From positions 558,001 through 622,000 of the forward strand of contig JBNRSN020000190.1 in NCBI GenBank assembly GCA_051313645.2: 64,000 bases of DNA. Reading direction: 5' to 3'. The notes under the pieces were generated by a model. It made no database searches and had not been told where the DNA came from. It saw only the letters and a program-made list of their open reading frames with translations. Shown here piece after piece: positions 44,661 through 57,947 of the stretch. The DNA is from Centroscyllium fabricii (taxonomy: Eukaryota). Made by a program: the position numbers and the translations under genes. The number at the start of each line of letters is the position of its first letter. The stretch's first letter is position 1.

Positions 44661-45862
44661 CTTGATGTTGAGGGAAGCGTCTCTCACTTCTCTTCCTGTG
44701 ATTCAGTTAAATCGAGGAGTAGGTTCTTTGGACACACAATCTGCCAAGCTAGCGGCAACAGCTCCGCCATCTAAACCAAGCCAACACTTAAAAAAAAGCC
44801 ATTAACTTTCATATAAAGAATAATAAATGTCGAACAATGAGTTCCAGGCAGCAATTCAATTTCATGATTCTGTCGGCGTTTAGAAAATGATTGAACTGTA
44901 CTCTACTTATCACATCAACAGGAACACCAAATTGAATTGTCTCTTCTTCCCACTATCTGTCTCCCATATATCACACACGGAGAATGCTGCATCCCGGTCC
45001 TGATGTCACTGCCATGTTCCGTGACTCCAGTCACCTTGAACGCCATTCCGAAACATTTTAACTACGATTGTCCCAAGATTCTGTCCGGCATTGAGGACAT
45101 CGTAACACCGTAACTCCAATAATGGCATTTATGGAGCGCCTTTAACATAGAAACCCTCACCCCCACCCCACCATTGTGCCTTTCACGGTGGAATAGCTGA
45201 GCAGGGCCAGATAGCACTCACGGAGCAAGTAGCCCAGTGTCAGTTGTGGGGGGCAGGGTGGTAGGTGGGGGGCGGGGTTGTGGGTGGGGGGCGGGGTTGT
45301 GGGGGGGCTAAAGGTCGAATCATTTGCTGTGAATAGCTCGGGTCTAAGAGAAATCCGGTGCGTCAAAGCCTCGAATCGCTTCGTTACTTTAATGCAGAAC
45401 AAGTGTTTGTGGGTCTGTGAATTGTGTTGACTCCCGCACTCTCACTGAGGGAGACAGTTGTTGAATAATGTTTCTGAGCTGCCTCAAGAGGTTTCCCTTC
45501 TCTTAACTGATCACCGCAGTCCGTTAAACAGGTTGTGACTTCCTTATTTTCCTTTGCTCTGTTCAGCAGCTTGGATCTGGTTTCCCTGCAGTTCCAAGGC
45601 AGCAGACTAGTTTGAGTTGGGGTTTCCATTTTGCTCCTCAGATTTAAAAATCTCATCCTCCTGCTCAAATCCCTCCCTGGCCTCCCCACTCCCCCTCCCC
45701 TCCCCCCTATCTCTGTAATCTCCTCCAGCCCTACAACCCCCTGAGATCTCTGCACTCCTCCAATTCTGGCCTCTTGCGGATCCCCGAATTGCATCGTTCC
45801 ACCATTGGCGGCCGTGCCCTCAGCTTCCTGGGCCCCGAGCTCTGGAATTCCCTCGTTAAACC

Positions 45863-46083
45863 GCCTCTCTACCCCTCTCTCTGCCTCTCTACCTCTCTCT
45901 ACCCCTCTCTCTGCCTCTCTACCTCTCTCTACCCCTCTCTCTGCCTCTCCGCCTCTCTACCCCTCTCTCTACCCCTCTCTCCGCCTCTCTACCCCTCTCT
46001 CCGCCTCTCTACCTCTCTACCCCTCTCTCTGCCTCTCTACCCCTCTCTCTGCCTCTCTACCTCTCTCTCCGCCTCTCCACCTC
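45863..46083. repeat. polypyrimidine minisatellite (CCTCTCTA/CCCCTCTCT)
   Basis: ~220 bp composed almost only of C/T. Confidence 0.9.
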
Positions 46084-46269
46084 TGTGGTAAACGTGGAAC
46101 TGTCCAACCTCTAACTCCTCCCCTCAGGTCGGAGTACATAGGTGGTTGCTGACCATCCCCCGTTCATTCCCCGTCGTAACCTCATCCGGAGACTAGCTCC
46201 ATTTATAGTTAATAAAAGCCTTTAGTTGAGGTAACTATTCGTCTTTGTGTCTTAATTGACGATACGTCA
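46084..46269 (+). mobile_element. solo LTR of a further group A family
   Basis: Starts TGTGGTAAAC and ends GATACGTCA. Has ACTCCTCCCC, TACATA, CTCCATT and AATAAAAGCC motifs shared with the other group A LTRs. Flanks ACCTC/AACAT do not form a TSD. Confidence 0.8.
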
Positions 46270-47559
46270 AACATTTCAAAAAGTACTTCAAGGAACACAG
46301 GATGGCTCTGGATGAAGTGTGAACGGCTCTGGCAGAATTTAGCGTGAATGACGTCATCAGGCCGCGCAGCGTCTGGGAGGCGCCTGCGGCTGAAATTGGG
46401 CAGCGCCCGCAGCTTTCTCTGGCTGTAGCAGCTAAAGGGGAGTGCAGCGGTCGGCCATTTCTATTGCCGATGGCCAGCACCTTCCCCTCAGCCTCCCCCG
46501 CTGCTCCCCCAGCGGGGTCAGAACTCCGGCAACTGAGCCCGGCCCGTCCCTCCAGGGCCGGGCTCCTTCTCCCGCTCCTGGTCCCACGGCGCTAGGCCCC
46601 TCCCCTTTAATCGGGGAGGAAGACCTGCCGTACCGCGGGGCCGCCGCTATGCGCTCGTTCGCGCAGCGCTGCGCCCAGGCCCCGATATTCCGCCGCCTCG
46701 CACCAAGAGCGAGGCGGCCCACCTGATTTAGCGCCCGCCCACCCATAATGGGCGATGCCGGCCAATTTCGGTCCTATCGGCGCCAGCGATGTGCTGGCGC
46801 TAAAAATAGGGCATCGCCCGAAAACGTGCGCTGACGAAGTTATCCCCCTATGTTTAGTCCAGAGGGCTGTAGAGTGCCTCAGCAAACGATGAGGTGCTGG
46901 TCGATTGCTCAACCATTCCCAGACTTTAGGTTCCAGAGAAGTACCATCTGGGAATTCTGGGCAGCTGTCATTAATAACAAAGAGCCATGGGGCTTATAGT
47001 GTCAGCGAAGATCAGGGTGTTGTTTAACATTACTTTTTTTTTTAAAGCTACTCTTTCTTTGCTCTGTGTGTGCGTCGACGGGAAGTAAACAGCCAAGCGG
47101 ACGGCAGTTTCAAAGGAGTCCTTGTGGGAAACAGTCTCTTGCTCTTCCCCCCAACACACACACCTCTTAATAATATAAAAGCTCTGCGCTCGATGTTTTA
47201 CGAGCCCCTTTGATCTGACGATTGACGAGCTCTTGGCAGGGAAGTGAAGCCCCGGCGATTCTCCGCCAAGGTCTGTGTCAGGTCTGATGTGGGCGGAATC
47301 TGTAACCAAAGTGATTCCTCCTCCTGCGGAATTTCATCAGCTGCACGCTCGCTCGGCTTGTCCCCCCTGGGCTTGGCGCTCTCAGCTTTGACAGGTAGAT
47401 TTATTAGGTCTGAAATTTGTACAAATCAGATGTCATTCACACCACCTCGTCAATGTGTCAGCGTGAGGAGGCCTGAGGGGTGAAAACAGTCTGGGGGACA
47501 GGGCGGGGGGATGGGAGGGGGAGGTGTCGGAGGCAATGTCAGGGGAACCAGGTACAAGG

Positions 47560-47810
47560 CTTTTAAAAAGAAAGACTTGCATTTCTATAGCGCCTTTCAC
47601 GACCTCAGGACGTCCCAAAGCGCTTTACAGCCAATTAAGTACTTTTTGAAGTGTTGTAATGCAGGAAACGCAGCAGCCAAATTGCGCACAGCAAGCTCCC
47701 ACAAACAGCAGTGAGACAATGACTGGATCATCTGTTTTTAGTGATGTTGGTTGAGGAAAAAGTATTGGCCCCAGGACACCTGGGGAAACGCCCCTGCTCG
47801 TCTTCTGAAT
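47560..47810 (-). mobile_element. Deu-domain SINE 3' part
   Basis: Reverse complement of the SINE tail seen at 24610-24820. Confidence 0.7.
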
Positions 47811-48489
47811 AAAGGCAGAAAGATTAAAGCCAGAGTTTTAAGTGGTTAAACAATCCCCACCTGTCGCCTAACCGTCAACGAATGCCAATCTCAAGTGGCT
47901 GTAACTGACATGGCACCAATTAAGACGGGTTTTCTGGTTGAATGAGTAAACGTCAATACCAAGTGTCAACACACCCATGCCTGTTTATGAAGTTACATGT
48001 ACATGTCAGCCCCTTGTGTGTGGGATGATATCTGGAATAAGCTGACTAACAGCGAATAACTCCTCCCCCCTTGAAACCGCCTTTGGAAATGAAATATCGG
48101 TCATGACAATTTTATTTTCTCTCGACCTCAAAAAGGACATTGAACCTTTGCCTCAGAAAGGGGGAAAACAGAGGAGATTGACACGAGTGTTCAGAACTTT
48201 CTCATCTTGCTTCCAGTTTAACTTGTTGCTGTTTTTTGACACATGCAAAAGGCTGAACAGGCTGGGGCTCTTTCCTCTAAAACAGAGAAAACTGAGGGGT
48301 GACCTGATCGAGGTCTTTAATATTATGAAGGGTTCGCTAGGGTAGGAAACATAGAAACATTGAAGATAGGATCAGGAGTCGGCCATTCGGCCCTTCGAGC
48401 CTGCTCCGCCATTCAATGAGATCATGGCTGATCATCCAAACCCAGCACCCTGTCCCTGCCCTCTCCCCATATCCCTCGATCCCTATCGA

Positions 48490-48754
48490 GCCTGCACCGA
48501 CACATATCCCACCCTATCCCCGGAACCCCGACATATTCAATCCCCCCAACACTAAGGGCCAATTTATCCTGGCCAATCAACCTAAGCCGCACATCTTTGG
48601 ACTGTGGGAGGAAACCGGAGCACCCGGAGGAAACCCACGCAGACACGGGGAGAATGTGCAAACTCCACACAGATAGTCACCCGAAGCTGGATTTGCACCC
48701 GGGTCTCTAGCGCTGTGAGGCAACAATGCTGACCACTGTGCCACCGTGCCGCCC
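48490..48754 (-). mobile_element. tRNA-derived V-SINE (HE1-like)
   Basis: Sense GGGCGGCACGGTGGCACAGTGG (A box), a B-box-like region, then the V domain ctgtgtggagtttgcacattctccccgtgtctgcgtgggtttcctccgggtgctccggtttcctcccacagtccaaag. Confidence 0.9.
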
Positions 48755-50780
48755 AAGTGAGAGTGGTGAGAATATGGAACTCGCTCCCACAGGGAGTGGT
48801 TGAAGCGAATAGTGTCGATGCATTTGAAGGGGGTGCTGGGTAAACACGTGAGGGAGAAGGGAATCGAGGGATTTGGTGATGGGGTGAGATGAAGAGGGTG
48901 GGAGGAGGCTCGTGTAGAGCATGAACACCGGCTCAGACCAGTTAGGCTGAATGGCCTGTTTCTTGTGCTGTACATTCTATGTAAACATGCTGTGGTAAAC
49001 CACTTTGTATATATATATATGTGTGTAACCAACGGCCTGTGATAATGTATATAGTTCTGTGTATATTGCTTACCTGGGCATGCCCATGCTAGCCCCGCCT
49101 GTGACTCCTCCTCCCAGGACAAAATGGTATGGACCTGCAGGCGACAGCTGACCTGGGGAACGCGCTGGACTTGGCGTCCCTTAACTTGTCGTCTTACTCT
49201 GGCAACCACGCAGCCACATCGCCGGCGCCGACATCTTGGTCACAGCCGGCCGCGCCGCGACCGGCAGAGGAGATGACTGCGGCTACGCACTCGAGAGGGC
49301 CTAAATGTTACTTCTGCGGCCAGGCCCAACATCCCAGGCGAAACTGCCCGGCGAGAGACGCGGCCTGCTCAAAGTGCGGTAAGAAAGGACATTTCGCTAA
49401 AGTCTGCAGAGCAGCGGCAATACCGCCCTCCAAACCGGGCAGCGCCGCATGTGGGCTGTGGGGGCAGCCATCTTGGACACAGCCATCTTCACCACAGCCC
49501 GCCGCATGGGAGCAGACGCCATCTTAGACACAGCCATCTCCATCACAGCCCGCCGCGTGGCGGCAGCCATCTTGGGACCAGGCCCCAGACCTCTCAACCG
49601 ACTCGACCGACCCAATTCTGGCCTCCATCACACTCGACCAGAACAAGAGCCAGCCACTGAGCAGATCTATGATGACGGTGCAGGTGAACGGGCGGAGTGC
49701 GGATTCCCTTTTTGACAGCGGGAGCACGGCGAGCTTCATCCATCCAGATACGGTAAAGCGCTTCTCCCTTAAAGTCATGCCGGCTAGCCAAAAGATATCG
49801 ATGGCGTCTAAGTCCGAATCTGCGGACGTCTGCGGGGCGTACACTTCAGTAATTTAAAGTATTCGTGCTGCCGCAGCTCTGCGCTCCCTTACTGCTGGGC
49901 CTCGACTTTCAGTGCCACCTCCAGAGCGTTACCATGGCGTACGGTGGGCCCCTTCCCCCGCTCACGGTCAGCAACCAGCGCTCCCCGCAGTACCCACAGC
50001 GCGCTACCTGCGGCCTCTCGACCCTTAGGTCGCCCCCCCCTCGCTCTTTGCCAACCTCACCCCGGACTGCAAGCCCGTCGCCACCAAAAGTAGGCGCTAC
50101 AGTACCGGGAGTACCACCTTTCCGTATTTTGACAATGTGACCATCTGCGGCCATGACCAGCAGGACCATGACGCCAACCTCCAGAAATTTCTCCACACCG
50201 CCAACATGTTAAACCTGACCTATAACACGGAAAAATGTGTGTTCAGGACAACCCGCCTCGCCATCCTCGGCAGTGTTGTGGAGAATGGGGTCATCGGTCC
50301 CGACCCGGACCGCATGCGCCCCCTCCTGGAGCTCCCCCTCCCCCACTTCCTCAAGGCCCTGAAAAGGTGCCTGGGGTTCTTTTCTTATTATGCCCAGTGG
50401 GTCCCCAACTATGCGGACAAAGCCCGCCCACTGCTTAAATCAACCTCTATTTCCCCTGTCAGCAGAGGCCCGCTTGGCTTTCTGCGGCATAAAAGAAGGC
50501 ATTGCAAAGGCCACGATGCACGCTGTGGACGAGGCCATCCCGTTCCAAGTAGAGAGCGATGCATCGGACTTTGCCCTGGCCGCCACCCTTAACCAGGCGG
50601 GCAGACCCGTGGCCTTCTTCTCGCGCACCCTCCAGGGCCCCGACACTCTTCTGTTGAGAAGGAGGCCCAGGCCATTGTTGAAGCAGTGCGACACTGGAAG
50701 CACTACCTGGCCGGCAAACGATTTACCCTGCTGACTGACCAACGCTCAGTCGCTTTTATGTTCAACAACAAAGAGCGGGG

Positions 50781-53700
50781 TGTAGCGGTACGCCGGCTGG
50801 CGAATCCGCCTCGGGAGTACTGCGGGGCATATCCGCGCCCACCGGGTGACGCGATGACGCCACCACATCTCTCGGCGTGATGAGGTCATCAGCAGCGGGT
50901 AGTTTAAATGAGCCCGCTCCTCGTGGTTCACTCTCTTTCTCATGTAGTCATTGATTAAACAAGTGTTAACTGTCTCTCCGGCTCCTGTGTGGTTCTTGGG
51001 TCCTGTAAGCGCTACAGTGGTGACCCCAACTTGGAACATCTTCCAAGGAGAAAACAGCAGCTCTACAGGACTTAAAGCTAAGCAGCCTCAGAACACTTTT
51101 AAACAACAATGGCTCACAGAAACCAAGCTTCTCGTCAACAAGGACTTGGCCAGAACCCCGGGCACAGACTAACTCTACCGGAGTTCTGGGAGCAACGCCC
51201 GGCAGCGTGGTTCATGTGCATAGAGACCAGCTGCCGCACTCATGGCATCCAGGGGGACGACCGCTACGACCTGGTCTTCTCGGCCCTACCGCAATCGACG
51301 ATCGATCGGATGTGATCGAAGCTACAGCGCGTGCCCGCAGCAGGCAGGTATGAGTTCCTCAAGGCCGCGCTACTCAAAAAATTCACCCCCACCCAGTTCG
51401 AGCGCGACTGCTAACTCCTTAACCACCCCGAACTCGGGGACGCAGACCCATCTGACCTTTGGGGCCAGATGCAAGCGCTCACCGCCGATCCCGCCTCCCT
51501 GTTCCGCACCATTTTCCTCCTTAACCTGCCCCCCTCCATCAGACCGGCCCTGGCGGCCTTCAGCAACCAGAGCGGGGACGAGCAAGCAGAGGAAGCCGAC
51601 AGGCTCATGGCGGCCGAGCGCACCCACTCCGCCACGTGCGACCTCACTGCCGCGGCAGTCGAGCCCACCCACTCGCCCCCCAGGTCCAACCCAATGCCTG
51701 AAACCTGGCCCCCGCGCCCTCCCAAGCAACCGCGTGCCGCAAACACCGGTTGCTGCTACTACCACGAGCGGTTCGGAACCAAAGCGCACCGCTGCGTCCT
51801 GCCCTGCACGTTCAAGCCACAGCCCGGCCCAGCCCCCACCATGTCTGTAGGCCACACCGGAGCCCTGCTCTACGTCACAGACAGCGGCACAGGCCTCCGG
51901 TTCCTCTGCGACACAGGCGCACAGCACAGCATCGTGCCAGCCTCCCCCGCAGAAGCCAAAAAAGGCTCCCGGGGCCCGCCACTCGCGGCTGCCAACGGCT
52001 CGGACATTAAAACTTACGGGACCCGCAAGCTAACAATCCAGCTTGCCGGCCACATGTACGAATGGGAGTTTGTCACGGCCCAGGTCACATCACCCCTCCT
52101 CGGGGCAGATTTCCTCTGCGCCCACGGCCTCCTGGTCGACACGACCCGGCGCCGCCTGGTCGACATTCAAAATATGTCGACTATCCCATGCTCCACAGGG
52201 CCGGCACTCCTGGCCCACGCGGCGGCACAATGCCGCGCCCGGAACTCAGACGCGTACAGCTCGCTCCTCTCTGAGTTCCCAGCCCTGACCAATCCCACCT
52301 TTACCGCCCGCACGGCCAAACACGGGGTGGAACACTTTATCCCCACCACCGGCCCCCCCGTGCACGCCCACGCCCGCAGGCTGGACCCGGCCAAGCTGGA
52401 GATTGCGCGCACCGAGTTCGGCACTATGGAGCAACTCGGCATAATCCGTCGCTCCAGCAGCCCCTGGGCCTCTCCCCTCCACATCGCCCCCAAGCCGGGC
52501 GGGGGTTGGCGCCCCTGCGGCGACTACCGCCGCCTCAACAATGCCACCACCCCGGATAGGTACCCCGTACCCCACATCCAGGATTTCTCCGCCAGGCTAG
52601 CGGGCTGCACGATCTTCTCCAAGATCGACCTGGTGCGTGGCTACCACCAGGTCCCGGTGCACCCGGCGGATGTCCCCAAGACAGCCGTTATTACCCCCTT
52701 CGGCCTGTTCGAGTTCCTCAGGATGCCCTTCGGACTCAAAAACGCGGCCCAGGCCTTTCAGCGCCTAATGGACTCAGTCCTACGGGACTTGCAGTTCATT
52801 TTCGTCTACTTAGACGACATCCTCGTGGCCAGCACCTCCTCCCAGGAGCACCTCCTGCATCTCAGGACCCTGTTCCAGCGCCTGACCGAACACGGCCTTA
52901 TATTAAGCCCCTCCAAATGCAAATTCGGCCTAGAAATCATTGACTTCCTGGGACAGCGCATTTCCAAAACCGGGGCCATACCCCTGCCCTCCAAAGTGCA
53001 GGCAGTCCAGGAATTCCCCCGCCCGCACTCCATTAAGGGCCTGCAGGAATTCCTCGGGATGGTTAACTTTTATAACCGCTTCATCCCAGGTGCAGCTGCT
53101 CTCATGGCTCCCTTATACCAGGCCACACGCGGGCAGTCCGGCAAAACCGCAGTCGAGTGGCCGGCCGACGCCGCCACCGCGTTTACCGCAACCAAGACCG
53201 CCCTGGCCAACGCCACCCTCCTAGCCCACCCCAGGCCCAACGCCAGAGTGGCCCTCACCACTGACGCCTCCGACCACGCTGTCGGGGCCGTTTTCGAACA
53301 GTGGGCGGGCAACTCCTGGCAGCCCCTGGCCTTTTTCAGCCGGCACCTACGGCCCCCGGAGGTCAAGTACAGCGCCTTCGACAGGGAGCTCCTCGCTCTC
53401 TACCTCGCTGTGCGCCATTTTCGCTTCCTCCTGGAGGGCTGTCCCTTCACAGCTTTCGTGGATCATAAGCCGCTGATATTCGCAATGGCTAAGATCTCCG
53501 AACCCTGGTCGGCCAGGCAGCAGCGCCAACTTGCAGCCGTGTCGGAATTCACTACCGACATCCAGCACATCTCCGGCCGCGACAACGTGGTTGCTGACTG
53601 CCTGTCACGTCCCACCATTAACGCCGCCCAAATGGCGGTCGATTACGCCAAGCTGGCAGCAGACCAGCGGGCGGACCCAGACCTGCTCCACCCAGCAGAA

Positions 53701-55205
53701 AACCTCCCTGGCCTACGCTTGGCCAACATCGCACACGGCCCCGCGGCCACCGTAGTCTGCTGCGACGTATCGTTACCGCAGCCCAGACCCGTCGTCCCCC
53801 ACGCATGGAGGCGGCGCATTTTTGAGACCCTCCATGGCCTGTCCCACCCCGGCACCCACGCCTCCATTAAACTCATTTCGGCCCGTTTTGTGTGGCGCGG
53901 CCTTCGCAAAGACGTCCGCGCCTGGACCAACACCTGCATCGCCTGCCAGCGGGCCAAAGTGCCCAAGCACATCAAAGCCCCGCTGGAAACATTTACCGTG
54001 CCAGCCAGGCGCTTCGACCACGTCCACGTCGATCTCGTTGGACCACTGCCGCCATCCCGGGGCCACATACACCTGATGACCATGGTAGACCGCAACACTC
54101 GCTGGCCAGAAGCAGTCCCCCTGGTTGCTACCAACACCACGGATTTAGCCAGGGCATTCATCGCGACTTGGGTCGCCCGTTTCAGCGTGCCCACCGACAT
54201 CACGTCGGACAGAGGTCCCCAATTTACGTCTGCACTATGGGCGGCCATCGCCCGCAACCTCGGGGTGACCCTGCATAGAACCACCGCGTACCACCCACAA
54301 GCTAACGGGCTCTGCGAAAGGTTCCACCGCTCCATGAAAGCCTCCCTGCGGGCCAGCCTCCAAGACGCATCATGGACAGACCGCCTTCCTTGGGTACTGC
54401 TCGGACTCCGCTCGGCGGCCAAAGAAGATTTGCACGCCTCAGCAGCGGAACTCGTCTACAGCCAGACATTAAGAGTGCCGGGCGAGTTCCTCGCTGAATC
54501 AAACACTCCCTTGTCGGCCGACCAGTTCCTCAAAGACTTTGCCAACCCGGCACGAGCGTTCACCCCCTTACCGGTGGCCCGGCACGGAGAGCCAGCGGCA
54601 CGTGTACCGGACAACATCAAGCACACAAAGTACGTGTTCGTCCGCCACGACGCTCATCGTTCACCTCTACGGCCACCTTACGACGGCCCCTACAGAGTGC
54701 TTCGGGCGGGACCTAAAGCTTTTGAGCTACAGCTGGGCAACCGGACAGAAACAGTCTCGATCGACCGGCTGAAACCGGCACACGTAATAGCGGGCGACGC
54801 GACAGTCCCTGCCCAACCACCTCAACGCGGACGCCCTCCCGCACCAACACCCGCCCACACTCCATCACAGCACCAGGAGCAACGCACGACACGTGCCGGC
54901 CGCATCGTACGGCCACCACGACGCCTTGTATAGACTCTTTTCCTCTCGGACGGATTCTGGGGGGAGCTGTGTAGCGGTACGCCGGCTGGCGAATCCGCCT
55001 CGGGAGTACTGCGGGGCATAGCCCCGCCCACCGGGTGACGCGATGACATCACCACGTCTCTCGGCGTGATGAGGTCATCAGCAGCGGGTAGTTTAAATGA
55101 GCCCGCTCCTCGTGGTTCACTCTCTTTCTCATGTAGTCGTTGATTAAACAAGTGTTAACTGTCTCTCCGGCTCCTGTGTGGTTCTTGGGTCCTGTAAGCG
55201 CTACA
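50781..55205 (+). mobile_element. Ty3/Gypsy group B copy 5, nested in the RNase H region of copy 4
   Basis: 236-bp LTRs 50781-51016 and 54970-55205 (TGTAGCG...CGCTACA; ~6 differences by eye). 4-bp TSD GGGG restores host E-R-G-K-I-K. PBS TGGTGACCCC (tRNA-Trp type) at 51018. PPT TGGGGGGAGC. Confidence 0.97.
51469..54933 (+). CDS. C-terminal gag plus intact PR-RT-RH-IN of copy 5 (1154 aa; upstream gag disrupted)
   Basis: [48 protein letters not shown]. The gag start at ~51109 is broken by stops at 51313 and 51412. Confidence 0.9.
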   Translation: MQALTADPASLFRTIFLLNLPPSIRPALAAFSNQSGDEQAEEADRLMAAERTHSATCDLTAAAVEPTHSPPRSNPMPETWPPRPPKQPRAANTGCCYYHERFGTKAHRCVLPCTFKPQPGPAPTMSVGHTGALLYVTDSGTGLRFLCDTGAQHSIVPASPAEAKKGSRGPPLAAANGSDIKTYGTRKLTIQLAGHMYEWEFVTAQVTSPLLGADFLCAHGLLVDTTRRRLVDIQNMSTIPCSTGPALLAHAAAQCRARNSDAYSSLLSEFPALTNPTFTARTAKHGVEHFIPTTGPPVHAHARRLDPAKLEIARTEFGTMEQLGIIRRSSSPWASPLHIAPKPGGGWRPCGDYRRLNNATTPDRYPVPHIQDFSARLAGCTIFSKIDLVRGYHQVPVHPADVPKTAVITPFGLFEFLRMPFGLKNAAQAFQRLMDSVLRDLQFIFVYLDDILVASTSSQEHLLHLRTLFQRLTEHGLILSPSKCKFGLEIIDFLGQRISKTGAIPLPSKVQAVQEFPRPHSIKGLQEFLGMVNFYNRFIPGAAALMAPLYQATRGQSGKTAVEWPADAATAFTATKTALANATLLAHPRPNARVALTTDASDHAVGAVFEQWAGNSWQPLAFFSRHLRPPEVKYSAFDRELLALYLAVRHFRFLLEGCPFTAFVDHKPLIFAMAKISEPWSARQQRQLAAVSEFTTDIQHISGRDNVVADCLSRPTINAAQMAVDYAKLAADQRADPDLLHPAENLPGLRLANIAHGPAATVVCCDVSLPQPRPVVPHAWRRRIFETLHGLSHPGTHASIKLISARFVWRGLRKDVRAWTNTCIACQRAKVPKHIKAPLETFTVPARRFDHVHVDLVGPLPPSRGHIHLMTMVDRNTRWPEAVPLVATNTTDLARAFIATWVARFSVPTDITSDRGPQFTSALWAAIARNLGVTLHRTTAYHPQANGLCERFHRSMKASLRASLQDASWTDRLPWVLLGLRSAAKEDLHASAAELVYSQTLRVPGEFLAESNTPLSADQFLKDFANPARAFTPLPVARHGEPAARVPDNIKHTKYVFVRHDAHRSPLRPPYDGPYRVLRAGPKAFELQLGNRTETVSIDRLKPAHVIAGDATVPAQPPQRGRPPAPTPAHTPSQHQEQRTTRAGRIVRPPRRLV

Positions 55206-57134
55206 GGGGTAAAATCAAGAACGACAAGATACTGAGGTGGAGAATCGAACTCTCCGCTTTCAATTACGATATCTTGTACCGGCCCGGGAAATTCAACGAG
55301 CCCCCAGACGCCCTGTCCCGCGGTACATGTGCCAGCGCACAAGTGGACCATCTCCAAACCCTGCACAATGACCTCTGCCACCCGGGGGTCACCAGGTTGG
55401 TCCATTTCATTAAGTCCCGCAACCTCCCCATCTCCATCGAGGAGGTCAAGACCATGACCAGGAACTGCCAGGTCTGTGCGGAGTGCAAGCCGCACTTCTT
55501 TCGGCCAGACCAGGCGCACCTGATCAAGGCCACCTGCCCCTTTGAGCGACTCAGCGTCGACTTTAAAGGGCCCCTCCCCTCCTCCAACCGCAACGCGTAC
55601 TTTTTAAACGTCATTGACGAGTACTCGCGTTTCCCCTTCGCCATCCCCTGCCCGGACATGACCTCCTCCACAGTCATCAGGGCACTTCACAGCATTTTCT
55701 CCCTGTTCGGCTACCCCAGCTACATCCACAGCGACCGGGGGGCCTCCTTTATGAGTGACGAGCTGCGTCAGTTTCTGCTAGCCAAGGGCATCGCTACTAG
55801 CAGGACTACCAGCTATAACCCCCGGGGGAACGGACAGGTAGAGAGGGAGAACGCCACCGTCTGGAAGGCCATCCTGTTAGCCCTACGGTCTAAAGGCCTC
55901 CCAGTCTCCCGCTGGCAGGACGTCCTCCCCGAAGCGCTCCACTCCATTCGGTCACTTTTATGTACGGCCACTAACGCCAACCCTCACGAGCGACTTTTTG
56001 CCTTCCCTAGGAAGTCGGCTTCCGGGACCTCGCTGCCATCATGGCTATTGTCCCCAGGACCCGTCCTGCTCCGGAAGCACGTAAGGGGCCATAAGTCGGA
56101 CCCCCTGGTCGAACGGGTCCACCTCCTGCACGCCAACCCCCAGTACGCCTACGTGGCGTACCCTGACAGGAGGGAGGATACGGTGTCCATCAAGGACCTG
56201 GCACCCGCGGGTGCCCCCGAGACCAGTACGACCCATCAGCCCGCACCCTCCCCCCGCCTACCGCCACCTTCGGGGCACCAGCACCACGGTACACCGCTCA
56301 CTACGAGGCTCCAGCACCACGGTATGCCCACCCAGCACCTGCAGGCAGCACAGCATGGCCCCCTAGTCTATGCACCTGTGAGCCAGATGACGAATGGGAG
56401 AGCGCGCCCCTGATTGTTACTGCAAGGGGCCCAACAACGGATCGAATGCCCCCGCCGACCTCGCTGTTACCGACTCCACTGCCAACGGTGCGCCCGCCGA
56501 CTCCACCACCAGCGGTGCGCCGATCGACGAGGCAGACCAGGCCGCCCGACAGGCTTGACCTCTAAGAACTGCGTCGCATTCGCCCCGCCGGACTTTGTTT
56601 TTAAACAAGGGGTGAATGTGGTAAACCACTTTGTGTATATATATATGTGTAACCAACGGCCTGTGATAATGTATATAGTTCTGTGTATATTGCTTACCTG
56701 GGCATGCCCATGCTAGCCCCGCCTGTACTCCTCCCAGGACCAGGTACATAAGCGACTGTCTCCCTTCCCCCATTCATTCTGGGAGTGGTCGACTAGCTGG
56801 TGCATGCCCAACCTTTTAGCTAATAAAAGCCTTTTGTTTCACCTCGTTACATCTCGTCTCCGAGGTCATTGATTCGGTATCACATGCCCTTCAAAACAGC
56901 TGAAGTGGGGCGATGCCTGGGAGAATATATCCCTGGAATGGTAATTGCAGGATCTGAGTGTGTGATGGAAAACAAACTTGCCGCGGTTTCCCCTTCAGTC
57001 TTGTTAGCTCACAGCCCCATGTAGTGAAATAACTTATGCTCCAGCTCACCTTTCTGTCAATCTTTTATCTGCACACACTTGCTGCCTTGCCATCATGGAG
57101 TCCCACATCCACATTTATAATGGGAGCTTTTAGA

Positions 57135-57637
57135 AACAACTTTTATAAATGTACTATTGAAAGTATCCTGTCGGGGAGCATCACCGCCTGGTATGGCAAC
57201 AGTACTAAACAAGACGGTAGGGCCCTGCAGAGGGTAGTACGGTCGGCAGAATGTTCCACCGGGGGTGCACTCCCTAACCTGCAGGGTATCTACACCAGGC
57301 GGTGCATGACTAAGGCTAAGAAGGTCATTAAAGATCCTAGTCACCCGAACAACAGCCTCTTCTCACTGCTGCGGTCAGGAAAACGCTACCGCAGCATTAA
57401 GACCAACACAGAGAGGCTTAGGAGGAGCTTTTACCCCCAAGCCATCTGGATCCTAAATGAAGACGCTGCCCAGGGTCGGTATACTGCTCCCTGACGATTG
57501 AATGCCTTTTCCTTCTTGTAATTATTAATTTATGATTTGTATTTATTGTTATCCACAGAGCACAGACATGGAGCTTGCGATTAAGCATTTCACTGCACTT
57601 TGTACATGTATAATGATGTATGTGACAAATAAAGTAA
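57135..57637 (+). mobile_element. 5'-truncated Rex1/Babar-type LINE
   Basis: NFYKCTIESILSGSITAWYGN...DPSHPNNSLFSLLRSGKRYRS; AATAAA near 57628. Confidence 0.88.
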
Positions 57638-57947
57638 ACATAGAACATAGAACATAGAACATACAGCACTGTACAGGCCCTTGGGCCCTCAATGTAGTGC
57701 CGCGCTTAGTCCGTCTCTGATTTTTCCTGTCCCCCCTACTCCTCCTTCCCCTCCATGTACCTATCTATCATCCTTTTAAAAGCACCCAGACTGTCCGCAT
57801 CCACTATTTCAGATGGTAGCCTATTCCATTCCCCGACCACTCTCTGCGTAAAGAACTTGCCCCTGCCATCCCTTCTGAATCTTCCTCCTTGAATCTTGTG
57901 CTCGTGCCCTCTTGTTGTCGTTCTTCCCACCTGGGGAAACAGTCTCT

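Larger units (their letters stand above)
48991..56882 (+). mobile_element. Ty3/Gypsy group A copy 4 (internally deleted; host of a nested element)
   Basis: 5-bp TSD CATGC. 3' LTR 56617-56882. 5' LTR is truncated at ~49120 and fused to mid-gag. N-half of RT deleted near 50110 (YFDN retained at 50125-50136). Integrase at 55206-56220. Confidence 0.93.

Noticed and set aside
53643-54422. Long antisense or alternate-frame ORFs over pol genes (also 59119-59724, 3761-4348, 28916-29494)
   Set aside because: Expected shadows of GC-rich coding sequence; no recognisable domains.
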